Source: Mycobacteriales bacterium (lineage in GTDB: Bacteria > Actinomycetota > Actinomycetes > Mycobacteriales > QHCA01). From it: 64,000 nt of DNA. Shown piece after piece: positions 50,959 to 60,875 of this stretch. Below the pieces are notes generated by a model, which did no database searches, had not been told where the DNA came from, and worked only from the letters and a program-made list of their open reading frames with translations. Every line of letters starts with the position of its first letter. Position 1 is the stretch's first letter. The stretch spans positions 30,037 to 94,036 of the forward strand of contig JBBQNN010000004.1 in assembly GCA_038329965.1 (NCBI GenBank), in the 5' to 3' direction. Position numbers and translations under genes: made by a program.

Positions 50959-51627
50959 CTACCCGGCCGGCTCTCGGGCGGTCTGCCGGAGTCGCGGCCA
51001 CAGGGCATCCATCGCCTCGGCGAGGGAGTCCTGGTGGAGCACCGTGGGCGTGCTCTCGCACAGCTCTCGGGCCAGGCCGAGAAGACCGGGTGCAGGTAGC
51101 TCGTGCGCGGCGGCCACGACGCCGTACGGAGAGCGCGCCAGCGCCCATGCCAGGGGCAGGACCGCCCCCCAGACGGCAAGGGGGCCGGCCAACGGGCCGA
51201 CCCGAGCGGGCCAGCGCCGGGCGACGTGATCGTTGAGCTCTGGTAACCGCTCGAGGCCGTGCCACAGATGATCTGTCGCCGCATAGCGCACCTCGCCGAC
51301 GTGGCAGTGCACAAGGGCAGCGGTGCACAGCAGGCAGGGCTCCAGGGTGGTGTACAGGACGTGCCGCTCGTAGTCACCGGGTGCCAGGCCGAGCAGCGCG
51401 TTGACCTCCGCGTGCGCGAGATAGCTGCCCGCGACCCGGCCGGGGGGTGCGTCGACTTCGGCGGACCGGTTGCGTCCGGCGGCGATCACCGCACCGGCCG
51501 GATCGACGAGCACAGCGCCGACGCCGAGGCTGCCCGCACGATGTGCTTCCCAGGCAAGCAGGAAGCTCTGCCGCCACGGCTCCGGCAGCGCGGCCCAGGT
51601 GATGGCGAAGTCAGTCTCGGGGTCCAT
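50959..51627 (-). CDS. Nucleoside deaminase family protein
   Basis: Zn motif 'AHAEVNAL' ... 'TTLEPCLLC'. Confidence 0.88.
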   Translation of the reverse strand: MDPETDFAITWAALPEPWRQSFLLAWEAHRAGSLGVGAVLVDPAGAVIAAGRNRSAEVDAPPGRVAGSYLAHAEVNALLGLAPGDYERHVLYTTLEPCLLCTAALVHCHVGEVRYAATDHLWHGLERLPELNDHVARRWPARVGPLAGPLAVWGAVLPLAWALARSPYGVVAAAHELPAPGLLGLARELCESTPTVLHQDSLAEAMDALWPRLRQTAREPAG

Positions 51628-52909
51628 CGCCCGAGTGTGCCCCAGGCACCAGGCGTGGGCGGGCCCCCTCGACGAGCGCGGCCGCCCTGCCTTCGAGGTA
51701 GTGCCGCTCGGGGACGCTGGCGGTACGACCGGCCGCCAACCGGTACGCGGCCTCAGCACCCTCGACGTCGCCGGCCATCTCCAGCAGGTGCGCCCGGACC
51801 GCGTCCACCCGGTGGTTGCCCGCCATCCGGGGGTCGGCGTCGAGCGGCTCCAGCAGCGCGAGCCCGGCGCGCGGCCCGTTCACCATCGCCGCGGCGACCG
51901 CGTGGTTGAGGGTGACCAGGGGGTTGTCGGCCAGGCGCCCCAGGACGCCGTACAGGGCCAGGATCTGCGGCCAGTCGGTCTCCGCCGCGCTCGCCGCCTC
52001 GTCGTGGCAGGCGGCGATCGCCGCCTGGATCTGGTACGGGCCGAGCACCGTCCGCGACATCGCGTCCGTCACGAGCCCGACCCCCTCGGCGACGGCCACC
52101 GAATCCCACAGCGACCGATCCTGCTCGGCCAGCGGGATCAGCCGGCCGCCCGGGCCGGTGCGCGCTGGCCGGCGGGCGTCGGTCAGCAGCATGAGCGCCA
52201 GCAGGCCCGCCACCTCGCCGTTGTCGGGCAGCAACCGGCGCACCAGCCGGGCCAGCCGGATCGCCTCCAGCGCCAGGTCGTGCCGCACGAGATACGGCCC
52301 CGACGTCGCGGTGTAACCCTCGTTGAAGACCAGGTACAGCACGTGCAGCACGGCGGCCAGCCGCCCCTGCACCTCCGCAGGTGGCGGCATCCGGAAAAGC
52401 GCCCCGGCCTCGCGGATGGTCTGCTTGGCCCGGCTGATCCGCTGGCCCATCGTGGCGTCGGGTACGAGGAACGCCCGGGCGATCTCCGCCGTCGTGAGGC
52501 CGCCGACGGCGCGCAGCGTCAGCGCGATCTGTGACGGCGGGGTCAGGGAGGGGTGGCAACACAGGAAGAGCAGCAGCAGCGAGTCGTCCTGATCGGCAGC
52601 CGGCCGGGCGTCCGCCGACGGCGCGAGGTAGTCGGCCGGCAGCACCCGCTCGGCGACGGTGTTCTCCCGCCGCTGCCGGGCCTGCTCGGTGCGCAGCAGG
52701 TCGGTCATCCGCCGCGAGCCGACCCGGATCAGCCAGCCCTTCGGGTTGGCCGGCCACCCCTGGACCGGCCACTGGACCGTGGCGGCCAGCAGGGCCTCCT
52801 GAACGGCGTCCTCGGCGGCGTCGAAGTGCCCGTACCGGCGCACCAGCGCACCGAGGACCCGCGGCGCCAGTTCGCGCAGCAGGTCCTCGGTGGTGCGGTC
52901 GGCGGTCAC
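51611..52909 (-). CDS. ECF sigma factor with C-terminal extension (ECF42/DUF6596 type)
   Basis: 'AEDAVQEAL', 'LFLCCHPSL', 'VLYLVFNEGY', 'GPYQIQAAIAACH', 'TDWPQILALY'; downstream of YciI genes. Confidence 0.93.
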   Translation of the reverse strand: MTADRTTEDLLRELAPRVLGALVRRYGHFDAAEDAVQEALLAATVQWPVQGWPANPKGWLIRVGSRRMTDLLRTEQARQRRENTVAERVLPADYLAPSADARPAADQDDSLLLLFLCCHPSLTPPSQIALTLRAVGGLTTAEIARAFLVPDATMGQRISRAKQTIREAGALFRMPPPAEVQGRLAAVLHVLYLVFNEGYTATSGPYLVRHDLALEAIRLARLVRRLLPDNGEVAGLLALMLLTDARRPARTGPGGRLIPLAEQDRSLWDSVAVAEGVGLVTDAMSRTVLGPYQIQAAIAACHDEAASAAETDWPQILALYGVLGRLADNPLVTLNHAVAAAMVNGPRAGLALLEPLDADPRMAGNHRVDAVRAHLLEMAGDVEGAEAAYRLAAGRTASVPERHYLEGRAAALVEGARPRLVPGAHSGDGPRD

Positions 52910-53292
52910 AGATCGACGGAGCCGTCGCTGTCTCCGTCGATCGGGCGTACCTCGATCCGCCCGAACACCCCGGACAGCTTCGCGGCGATCTCCAAGGCCC
53001 GGTCGTGGCTGGCCACGTCGACGATGCCGAAGCTGGCCAGGACTTCCTTGGCCTCGGCGAACGGCCCGTCGGTGACCACCGTGCTCCCGGCCCGTAGCTC
53101 GACGGTCTGCAGGTGCGTCGGATCGGTCAGCCCGGCGGCGTAGACGAACTCCCCCGAGGTGATCAGCTCCTGGGCGATGCCGTCGGCCGGCCCGAACTGC
53201 TGGTCGGCTCCCGCTGTGCTTCCTACCGACGCCTTGCCGGCGTCCCAGTCGGCCTGCGTGCCGTAGCTGAGCATCAGGTACTTCGACATCAC
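52906..53292 (-). CDS. YciI/DGPF family protein
   Basis: 'VTDGPFAEAKEVLA', 'IEVRP'. Confidence 0.9.
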   Translation of the reverse strand: MMSKYLMLSYGTQADWDAGKASVGSTAGADQQFGPADGIAQELITSGEFVYAAGLTDPTHLQTVELRAGSTVVTDGPFAEAKEVLASFGIVDVASHDRALEIAAKLSGVFGRIEVRPIDGDSDGSVDL

Positions 53293-53298
53293 GCCGGC

Positions 53299-53667
53299 TC
53301 AGACTTCCGGCGCCTGGCCCACGGCCCGGATCTCGATCGGCGCCTTGACGAACCGCACGATCTTCCCGGCGATCTCCTCGGCGCGCTCCTGGCTGGCCAC
53401 ATCGACGATCCAGAAGCCGGCAAGCAGTTCCTTGGACTCGGCGAACGGGCCGTCCGTGGTGACTACGTCGTCACCCTCGGGACGCACCGTCCAGGCATCC
53501 TTGGCGTCGGCCAGCCCCTCGGCAGTCACCAGCTCGCCGGAGGCCATGAGGCCGGCGTTCAGGTCGTGCATGAAGGTGACCATCTCCTTGAACCAGTCAC
53601 CCTTCTCCGCGGCGAAGCTCTCGACGTCGAAATCGGCGTCTGCGTAGGTCAGCAGCATGTACTTCAT
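53299..53667 (-). CDS. YciI/DGPF family protein
   Basis: 'MKYMLL', 'TTDGPFAESKELLAGFWIVDV', 'IEIR'. Confidence 0.9.
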   Translation of the reverse strand: MKYMLLTYADADFDVESFAAEKGDWFKEMVTFMHDLNAGLMASGELVTAEGLADAKDAWTVRPEGDDVVTTDGPFAESKELLAGFWIVDVASQERAEEIAGKIVRFVKAPIEIRAVGQAPEV

Positions 53668-53718
53668 CTGGAACATCCTTCCGGGTCGGCGGGTGCCTGA
53701 TAGCACCTCACCAGAAAC

Positions 53719-53745
53719 GTCGGAGCCGATCGCGCCCCTTCGACA
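53719..53745 (-). promoter_or_regulatory. Candidate ECF42-dependent promoter
   Basis: Minus strand TGTCGA-N17-CGAC upstream of the first DGPF gene; fits the described ECF42 -35 TGTCGA / -10 CG(A/T)C. Confidence 0.6.
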
Positions 53746-54062
53746 TCGACTCTCCCCCAGATTCTCCGGAACCGCGGCGGAGCGCCTGCCATCGCCGCCC
53801 GATGTTTCGCACCAGCCGCGGTAGACGAGCTCGTATCGCATCGGTGTGATCGCGGCCACGTAGGCGTTCCCGAGCAGAGGACGACGTCGAGGTCCGCTCC
53901 ATGTTCAGCTTCACGCTGTGGATCGGCAATCACTTCATGCCGCCGACCACGGCGCGCGCCGCCGCGCGAAGGGTGCTGGAGCTGGTACTCAGGCGGCTCG
54001 AGGCTCAGCGCGGCCGGTAGTCTTGGAGATGCTCACCTAGGCAGCATGACAAGGAGCCGGAC

Positions 54063-55004
54063 GTGCGCGACATCGCGGTGTTCAGCGGTAGCGCGCACCA
54101 CCAGCTTGCAGCAGAGGTCTGCGCCAACCTCGGCGTGCCGCTGCACCCTGTGCGCATCGAGCGCTTCGCCAACGACTGCCTCGAGGTGCAGCTGCAGGCC
54201 AACTGCCGCGAGTGCGACGTCTTCCTGATCCAGCCCCTGGTCACGCCGGTACAGGAGCATCTGGTCGAGCTCCTGCTGATGCTCGATGCAGCCCGTGGCG
54301 CGTCGGCGGCCCGCACCACCGTCGTACTCCCGCACTATTCCTACGCCCGCTCGGACAAGAAGGATGCACCGCGGATCTCCATCGGCGGCCGGCTGGTGGC
54401 CGACCTCCTCGTCACTGCCGGCGCCAACCGCGTGTTGGCCTTGACGTTGCACTCCCCGCAGGTGCACGGGTTCTTCAGCGTCCCGGTCGACCACCTGCAC
54501 GCGTTGCGTGAGCTCACCGGGCACTTCCGCGGCTACGACCTGTCGCGGACGACCGTCGTGTCCCCCGACCTGGGCAACGCCAAGGAGGCGGCGGCGTTCG
54601 CCCGGCTGCTCGGCGTCCCGGTGGCGGCCGGGGCCAAGCAGCGTTTCGCCGACGACCGGGTGTCGATCAGCGCGGTGATCGGTGACGTGACCGGACGCGA
54701 CGTCATCGTGCTGGACGACGAGATCGCCAAGGGCAGCACCGTCATCGAGTTGCTCGACCGGCTCCGGGAGCTCGACGCCCGGTCGATCCGGGTCGCGTGC
54801 ACCCACGGGCTGTTCGCCGGCGGAGCCCTCAAGCGGATCGGTGACCAGCCCGACGTCCTGGAGATCGTCTGTACGAACACCGTGCCGATCCCGGAGGCGG
54901 AGCGGATCGACAAGCTCACCGTGCTCTCCGTCGCGCCGGCCCTGGCCGAGGCGATGCGGCGCATCCACAACGGCGAGTCGGTCAGCGCCCTGTTCGACAA
55001 GTGA
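54063..55004 (+). CDS. prs: Ribose-phosphate pyrophosphokinase (divergent paralog type)
   Basis: 'YARSDKKDAPRISI', 'LHSPQVHGFF', 'VVSPDLG', 'VLDDEIAKGST', 'THGLF'; AAGGAG RBS. Confidence 0.9.
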   Translation: MRDIAVFSGSAHHQLAAEVCANLGVPLHPVRIERFANDCLEVQLQANCRECDVFLIQPLVTPVQEHLVELLLMLDAARGASAARTTVVLPHYSYARSDKKDAPRISIGGRLVADLLVTAGANRVLALTLHSPQVHGFFSVPVDHLHALRELTGHFRGYDLSRTTVVSPDLGNAKEAAAFARLLGVPVAAGAKQRFADDRVSISAVIGDVTGRDVIVLDDEIAKGSTVIELLDRLRELDARSIRVACTHGLFAGGALKRIGDQPDVLEIVCTNTVPIPEAERIDKLTVLSVAPALAEAMRRIHNGESVSALFDK

Positions 55005-55033
55005 CCCCGGCGTCCGGAGCAGCGGGCTGTGGG

Positions 55034-55750
55034 TCAGGCAGTGCCGGGGCCTGACCCCTGCACTCCGCGGTCGTGCCACACGAAGGACGGGACGCCGTCG
55101 AGGACGGCCCCGAGCAGGGCGAGCCGCTCCAGGGTCTTGGCCGGGTCCTGCCGGCCGTCGGCCCAGCAGATCAGGTCACTGCCCTCCATCCGCCAGGCCA
55201 CCGATCCCATCCGCGGCGCGGCGGCCAGCAGCATCGCCATCTGGCGGGGGTGGATGACGTCGCTGGCGAACTTCGGGTCGGGGCAGGTGACCCGGAAGGT
55301 ACGGTTGAAGTCCTCGCTCTCGAACTCGATGTCACCCAGCCCGATCGCCCCGCCAAAACGGGTGAGGATGTTCTCGCGGGTCACCTGCAGGCGGGGCAGC
55401 GCGGTCGGCATCGCCACGGCGCACACCGCGTAGCGATGGGTCGTGGTCGAACGGTGGCCCTGCGAATCGGTCGTGTGCGTCTGGAAGCTGTAGTCGAAGG
55501 CCACCATGCCCCGGCCCTGCCACGGTCCCTCGAGCACCAGCCTCGCCGTGCGGTGGTCACCCCCGGCGAACGGCGTGCCCTCCCATCGGCCGGCCCAGGC
55601 GTCGTTGCGCTGGGTCAGGGTCCAGCCGTTGGCGGCCGCGAACCGGGTGAACAACGCCAGCCGCTTCTTGTTGCTCAGATAGCTGAGGTAACCCCCAGCG
55701 GCGATCACGACGATCGCGAGGGCGATGAGAAGCACGGCCTTGGCGTCCAC
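55034..55750 (-). CDS. Hypothetical membrane-anchored protein (DUF3137-like)
   Basis: N-terminal TM, 'DIEFESEDFNRTFRV...KFASDVIHPRQM'. Confidence 0.7.
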   Translation of the reverse strand: MDAKAVLLIALAIVVIAAGGYLSYLSNKKRLALFTRFAAANGWTLTQRNDAWAGRWEGTPFAGGDHRTARLVLEGPWQGRGMVAFDYSFQTHTTDSQGHRSTTTHRYAVCAVAMPTALPRLQVTRENILTRFGGAIGLGDIEFESEDFNRTFRVTCPDPKFASDVIHPRQMAMLLAAAPRMGSVAWRMEGSDLICWADGRQDPAKTLERLALLGAVLDGVPSFVWHDRGVQGSGPGTA

Positions 55751-55865
55751 GAAGCCAAGGCTACGGATGAGCCTCAGGGCGACCGTCTGTCGCGCTGATA
55801 GGTTCCGGTCCGGATGCACGGCAGCGTTGCCGTGCGCCTACCCGCAGCCGACGACCGGGACCCCC

Positions 55866-56642
55866 ATGACGGCAGCAGCAGACCAGTGGCGCACCGAACT
55901 CGCATCGTGGGTGATCCCCGATGACATCCTCGCGGCGGCCCCCGAATCGCCCTGGGGCTTCCCGGTCGACCTGTTCCGGGTCGCCGAGCCGTCCACGGCC
56001 GACACACCGTCGCGGCGCCGGGCCACCGACGCGTTGCCGGCCGGCGGATCGGTGCTCGACGTCGGCTGCGGCGGCGGCGCCGCGTCCCTGGCGCTGGTGC
56101 CGCCGGCCGGCCGACTGGTCGGCATCGACCCGTCGCCCGGCCTGCTGGCGGAGTTCGCGGCGTCGGCGGACCGCGCCGGCGTGGCCCACGCCCAGGTGCT
56201 GGGGGCCTGGCCGGCCGCGGCCCCGGAGGTCGAGACCGCCGACGTGGTCGTGTGCCACCACGTGACCTACAACATCCCCGACCTCGCGGACTTCGCCCAT
56301 GCCCTGACCGGCAAGGCCCGGCACCGGGTCGTCATCGAGATGACCGACCGCCACCCGATGACCTCGACCAACGAACTGTGGCAGCGCTTCCACTGCCTGA
56401 CCCGGCCGACCGGCCCCGATGCCACCCTCGCGGCGGCGGTGCTGGCCGACGCCGGCATCGCGGCCACGGTCGAGCGCTTCGAGCGACCGGCCCGCGACAT
56501 CCCCCGGCAGGTGGTCGTCGCGGCGACCCGCCGGAGGCTGTGCCTGCCCGCCGACCGCGACCCGGAGATCGACAACCTGCTCGGCGCCGACCACACCTTC
56601 CCGTCGCGGGCGACCACCTGCCTGTGGTGGGATGCGCACTGA
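55866..56642 (+). CDS. Class I SAM-dependent methyltransferase
   Basis: 'SVLDVGCGGG', 'GIDPS', 'DVVVCHHV'. Confidence 0.88.
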   Translation: MTAAADQWRTELASWVIPDDILAAAPESPWGFPVDLFRVAEPSTADTPSRRRATDALPAGGSVLDVGCGGGAASLALVPPAGRLVGIDPSPGLLAEFAASADRAGVAHAQVLGAWPAAAPEVETADVVVCHHVTYNIPDLADFAHALTGKARHRVVIEMTDRHPMTSTNELWQRFHCLTRPTGPDATLAAAVLADAGIAATVERFERPARDIPRQVVVAATRRRLCLPADRDPEIDNLLGADHTFPSRATTCLWWDAH

Positions 56643-56678
56643 CCCGGCAACCCTGACCGACTACGCGAGGAGACTCTG

Positions 56679-57029
56679 ATGCGACCCGGCCAACGAGACG
56701 CCGCTCACGACATCACGCCGGCCGACGCCGCTCGCCTGGTGGACGCCGGGGAAGCCGTGCTGCTCGATGTACGCGAGGACGACGAGTGGGCCGCGGGGCA
56801 CGCCACCGCCGCCACCCACGTACCCCTGGGCCGGCTCCGGGCCGACTCGGTGCCAGCAGGTTCCACCGTCGTGGCCGTATGCCGCTCGGGTGCCCGCTCG
56901 GACCAGGCGGCGGTTGCCCTGCGCGGCACCGGATTCGACGCGCGCAACCTCACCGGCGGGATGAACGCCTGGAAGCAGGCCGGCCTGCCCGTGCTCCGCG
57001 ACGACGGCCGGCCGGGAGAGGTGATCTGA
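56679..57029 (+). CDS. Rhodanese-like domain protein
   Basis: 'LLDVREDDEWAAGHA', 'VCRSGARS', 'NLTGGMNAW'. Confidence 0.93.
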   Translation: MRPGQRDAAHDITPADAARLVDAGEAVLLDVREDDEWAAGHATAATHVPLGRLRADSVPAGSTVVAVCRSGARSDQAAVALRGTGFDARNLTGGMNAWKQAGLPVLRDDGRPGEVI

Positions 57030-57041
57030 CAGCGGTTCGTC

Positions 57042-57575
57042 TCAGATGCCGAGTTCGGCCATGCTGTACGCCGCCCGGTAGTCCAGCCCGGCGGCCCGGA
57101 CCGCACCCTCGGCGCCCCGGTCGACGATCACCGCCACCCCGACGACCTCGGCCCCGGCCTCGCGCAGCGCCTCCACGGCGGCCAGGACGCTGCTGCCGGT
57201 GGTCGACGTGTCCTCCACGGCGAGCACCCGTCGCCCCGCGACGTCGGGTCCCTCGATCCGGCGCTGCAGGCCGTGTGCCTTGCCTTCCTTGCGTACGACG
57301 AACGCGTCGAGTGCCCGGCCGCGGGCCGCGGCCGCGTGCAGCATCGCCGCGGCCACCGGGTCGGCGCCGAGGGTGAGCCCGCCGACCGCGTCGTAGTCCC
57401 AGCCGGCCGTCGCGTCCAGCATCACCGGGCCGACCAGCGGCGCCGCCTCGTGGTGCAGGGTGATCCGGCGCAGGTCGACGTACCAGTCGGCCTCTTGCCC
57501 GCTGGACAGCGTGACCCGCCCGCGCACGACGGCGATGTCCCGGATCAGCGGCAGCAGCAGTTCGCGGTCGGTCAC
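57042..57575 (-). CDS. pyrE: Orotate phosphoribosyltransferase
   Basis: 'TLSSG', 'YVDLRR', 'GGLTLGADP', 'VRKEGKAHG', 'VEDTSTTG'. Confidence 0.96.
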   Translation of the reverse strand: MTDRELLLPLIRDIAVVRGRVTLSSGQEADWYVDLRRITLHHEAAPLVGPVMLDATAGWDYDAVGGLTLGADPVAAAMLHAAAARGRALDAFVVRKEGKAHGLQRRIEGPDVAGRRVLAVEDTSTTGSSVLAAVEALREAGAEVVGVAVIVDRGAEGAVRAAGLDYRAAYSMAELGI

Positions 57576-57791
57576 GGTCGGGCAGCCTATCGGTCGGGCG
57601 CTGGCACCTGCGGACGAGACCGCCCGCTCCGCGCTATGGGGCGGTTGCCCTTACGACCTCCCCCGCGTCTGGGGTCGGGCATGCTGGCGTAGTGGGCCGA
57701 ACGGTTCAGCAATCTGTGGGAGAGCGGGCACGAGTTCGGTGCTGGGCCGCGCCGCCTCCAACAACGCGTCACCGCCTGCGTGAAGAAACGG

Positions 57792-58145
57792 TCAGGCGGG
57801 CTGCCACAGCTCGACCCGATTGCCCACAGGATCGGTGACCCAGCCGAATCGACCAACACCCTCCATGTCCTGCGTCGCTTCAGCCACGTCCGCTCCCTTG
57901 GCGCGCAGTTGCGCGAGCATCGCATCCAGGTCGCGGACCCGGAAGTTGAGCATGGTCTGTTGGGCACGGGACCCGAAGTAGTCGGTCTCGGACTCGAACG
58001 TCGCGAACACCGTCGGCCCGGCTCCCTGCCGCCACAGGCCGTTCTCATCGGCGTCCAGGCCCAGGCAATCGCGATACCACGCGCCCAGGGCCACCGGATC
58101 GGCGGCCCGCATGAAGTGTCCACCGATTCCAAGCACACGTTCCAT
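57792..58145 (-). CDS. VOC/glyoxalase family protein
   Basis: 'VLGIGG.F.RA.DP..L..WY', 'MLNFRVRDLD', 'DPVGNRVELWQP'. Confidence 0.9.
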   Translation of the reverse strand: MERVLGIGGHFMRAADPVALGAWYRDCLGLDADENGLWRQGAGPTVFATFESETDYFGSRAQQTMLNFRVRDLDAMLAQLRAKGADVAEATQDMEGVGRFGWVTDPVGNRVELWQPA

Positions 58146-58299
58146 GCCGGCATCTTGCCAGGACGGCGATCGGGCGGGCCGGCACCACACCCCCACGTCT
58201 CAATCGCGGGGGAACTCGTCAGTGCGCGCCGGCATTGCCCCGCTTGACCACGTTGGCGTAGAAGTCGGCCGGCGTTCCTTGGCAGGCCGCGCTCGGTGG

Positions 58300-59301
58300 T
58301 CAGTGGCCGGCGGCCCGCCAGGCGAAGATCACCGAACGCTCGCGGTTGTCGTCGATGCCCGGTGCCGGCCGGTCGGACCGCTGCGGCGGCGGACCGGAGT
58401 CACGCAGCCAGGCCCAGGTGTCGCGCACCGTCTCGGGCACCGGCCGGCAGGTCAGCCCGGCCGCTTCGGCCGCCGAGGTGTCGACATCCTCCGCGCCGGG
58501 GCAGGACTCCGCGGGCAGCCAGTACGGCAGCTCCAGCCACGGCTCGACCTCCTGCGACATCAGGAACGCGTCGTCGACCCAGACGAAGCTCGCGTCGGAC
58601 CCGGTGGCGGCCTTGGCGGCACCGAGCAGATCGCCGAACGACGACTGCCCGGGCGGCCCGGTCACCGCCATCTCACCGGTGACACCGGCCACTGCACAGC
58701 GGACCAGCCAGGCCCCCAGGTCGCGTACGTCGACCATCGAGAGAGACCGCTCGGGCGGCGCCGGGGCCAGCACCTTGCCGCCGCGGGCCACCCGGTTGAT
58801 CCACCACGGCAGCCGCCCGACGTTGTCGCCGACACCGACGATGTGACCGGCCCGGGCGATCATGGCCCGGCCGCCGAAGTGCTGGAGCACGGCCCGCTCG
58901 CACCCGGCCTTGAGCTCGCCGTAGTGGCCGTCGTCCGGGCCGGCGTCGACGGGGCAGGCGAGGGTCGGCGTGTCAGCGCGGATCGGCGCCTCCGGCCAGC
59001 CGTCGTAGGCGGAGATGCTCGACACGAACACGTAGTGCCCCACCGCACCGGCCAGGGCGGCGGCCGAGCGCCCCACGACCCGCGGCACGTAGCCGCAGGT
59101 GTCCACCACCGCGTCCCACTCCCGGCCGGAGAGCACCGCCAGGCCCTCGGTCGTCTCGCGGTCGCCGAGCAGCGACTCCGCACCGGCCGGCACGCCGCGG
59201 CCACTGCGGGTCAGCGTCGTCACCTCGTGCCCACCCTCGAGGGCCGCGGTGACGACCCCCGGCCCCAGGAAGTCGCCCCCACCGATGACCAGCAGTCTCA
59301 T
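58300..59301 (-). CDS. NAD-dependent epimerase/dehydratase family protein
   Basis: 'IGGGDFLG', 'WDAVVDTCGY', 'FVSSISAY', 'YGELK', 'DVRDL'. Confidence 0.9.
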   Translation of the reverse strand: MRLLVIGGGDFLGPGVVTAALEGGHEVTTLTRSGRGVPAGAESLLGDRETTEGLAVLSGREWDAVVDTCGYVPRVVGRSAAALAGAVGHYVFVSSISAYDGWPEAPIRADTPTLACPVDAGPDDGHYGELKAGCERAVLQHFGGRAMIARAGHIVGVGDNVGRLPWWINRVARGGKVLAPAPPERSLSMVDVRDLGAWLVRCAVAGVTGEMAVTGPPGQSSFGDLLGAAKAATGSDASFVWVDDAFLMSQEVEPWLELPYWLPAESCPGAEDVDTSAAEAAGLTCRPVPETVRDTWAWLRDSGPPPQRSDRPAPGIDDNRERSVIFAWRAAGH

Positions 59302-59366
59302 AGCCGCGACTCTGCCTGCCGACCCACCAGCGGCGCCAGCGCTTGCGCTACGGGCGAACCCGTGTG

Positions 59367-60383
59367 ATGAAGTGTGCCGTGGCCATCGTGACGCGGCTGG
59401 ACCGGTTCCAGCGCCGGCATCCGTTGGCGGGCTTCCCTCTTGCCGTCGTGTACAAGTACTTCGACGACTTCGGCCCGTTCCTCGCGGCCCTGATCGCGTA
59501 CTACGGCTTCGTCTCGCTGTTCCCCCTGCTGCTGTTGTTGTCCACGGTCCTGGGTTTCGTACTCGCCGGTGATCCTCACCTGCAGAAGCAGGTGCTCGAC
59601 TCGGCGCTGGCCCAGTTCCCGGTCGTCGGCAAACAGCTCGGCGACCCCCGGCGGCTCGGTGGTGGCACGGCCGGGCTCGTGGTCGGGATCGGCGGCTCCC
59701 TCTACGGCGGGCTCGGGGTGGCGCAGGCGGTGCAGTACGCGATGAACACCGCCTGGCGGGTGCCGCGCAACAGCCGGCCCAACCCGTTCAAGGCGCGCGG
59801 CCGCAGCCTGCTGCTCGTGGCCACCGCCGGTGTCGCGGTCCTGGGTACGACAGCCTTGTCGGTCGTCGGCGGCAGCGGCGCCGGGTCGCTCGGCCCGGTG
59901 GTGAAGGCCCTCGCACTGGTGGCGTCGGCGGCGGTCAACGCGGCGATCTTCGTGTTCGTCTTCCGGGTCGCCACCACCAGGAGCCTGTCGGTGCGCGATG
60001 TCGTCCCCGGGGCGGTGGCGGCAGCGGTGATCTGGCAACTGCTCCAGTCGTTCGGGGTCATCTACGTGGACAGGGTGGTCAGGAACGCCAGCGCCACCAA
60101 CGGGGTCTTCGCTGTCGTCCTCGGCCTGATCGCGTTCCTGTACCTGACCGCGGCGGCACTCGTGCTGTGCGTCGAGATCAACGTGGTCAGGGTCGACAAG
60201 CTGTCTCCGCGGGCACTCCTGACCCCGTTCACCGACAACGTCGTCCTCACGCGCGGGGATCGCCGCGCCTACTCGAGCCAGGCCGAGGCCGAGCGCAGCA
60301 AGGGCTTCGAGGTTGTCGACGTCACGTTCGAGCAGGCCGCCCCCCAGCCGGAACCGCCGCCGGCCCCGGACCAGGAGAGCTAG
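59367..60383 (+). CDS. YihY/BrkB family membrane protein
   Basis: 'LAALIAYYGFVSLFPLLLL', 'AMNTAWRV', 'PRALLTPFTD'. Confidence 0.9.
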   Translation: MKCAVAIVTRLDRFQRRHPLAGFPLAVVYKYFDDFGPFLAALIAYYGFVSLFPLLLLLSTVLGFVLAGDPHLQKQVLDSALAQFPVVGKQLGDPRRLGGGTAGLVVGIGGSLYGGLGVAQAVQYAMNTAWRVPRNSRPNPFKARGRSLLLVATAGVAVLGTTALSVVGGSGAGSLGPVVKALALVASAAVNAAIFVFVFRVATTRSLSVRDVVPGAVAAAVIWQLLQSFGVIYVDRVVRNASATNGVFAVVLGLIAFLYLTAAALVLCVEINVVRVDKLSPRALLTPFTDNVVLTRGDRRAYSSQAEAERSKGFEVVDVTFEQAAPQPEPPPAPDQES

Positions 60384-60421
60384 TGCCGCCAACCCGGGCG
60401 CGACGTGGCACGATCTCGCAG

Positions 60422-60865
60422 GTGACCAGCAGACCCGCCGCGGCGCGGCACCTGCGCGACCTCGCGCGGCTGCGCCGGGTCCGCGACCGGATCGACCGGG
60501 AGTACGCGCAGCCGCTGGACGTCGAGGCGCTCGCCCGCGGCGTGCACATGTCGGCCGGCCATCTCAGCCGCGAGTTCCGGCTCGCCTACGGCGAGTCGCC
60601 GTACGGCTACCTCATGACTCGTCGCATCGAGCGCGCGATGGCCCTGCTGCGTCGTGGCGACCTCAGCGTCACCGAGGTCTGTTTCGCGGTCGGCTGCTCG
60701 TCGCTGGGCACCTTCAGCACCCGCTTCACCGAGCTGGTCGGTATGCCGCCCAGCATCTATCGGCGCCAGGCGGCGCGCGCGACGGCGGGGATGCCGCCGT
60801 GCGTGGCGAAACAGGTGACCAGACCGATCAGGAATCGAGAAGCGCCGGCCCCGAGCCGCACCTAG
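60422..60865 (+). CDS. AraC-family HTH regulator
   Basis: 'RDRIDREYAQPLDV', 'YLMTRRIERA', 'SVTEVCFAVG.SSLGTFSTRF'. Confidence 0.93.
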   Translation: MTSRPAAARHLRDLARLRRVRDRIDREYAQPLDVEALARGVHMSAGHLSREFRLAYGESPYGYLMTRRIERAMALLRRGDLSVTEVCFAVGCSSLGTFSTRFTELVGMPPSIYRRQAARATAGMPPCVAKQVTRPIRNREAPAPSRT

Positions 60866-60875
60866 CGTGGCTGCC

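Noticed and set aside
53770-54045. Short ORFs between the YciI gene and prs; also 58146-58299 and 18754-18940
   Set aside because: No recognisable family or RBS; may be gene remnants but cannot be supported
57576-57791. PyrR attenuator upstream of pyrE
   Set aside because: No AGTCCAGAGAGG-like PyrR loop found
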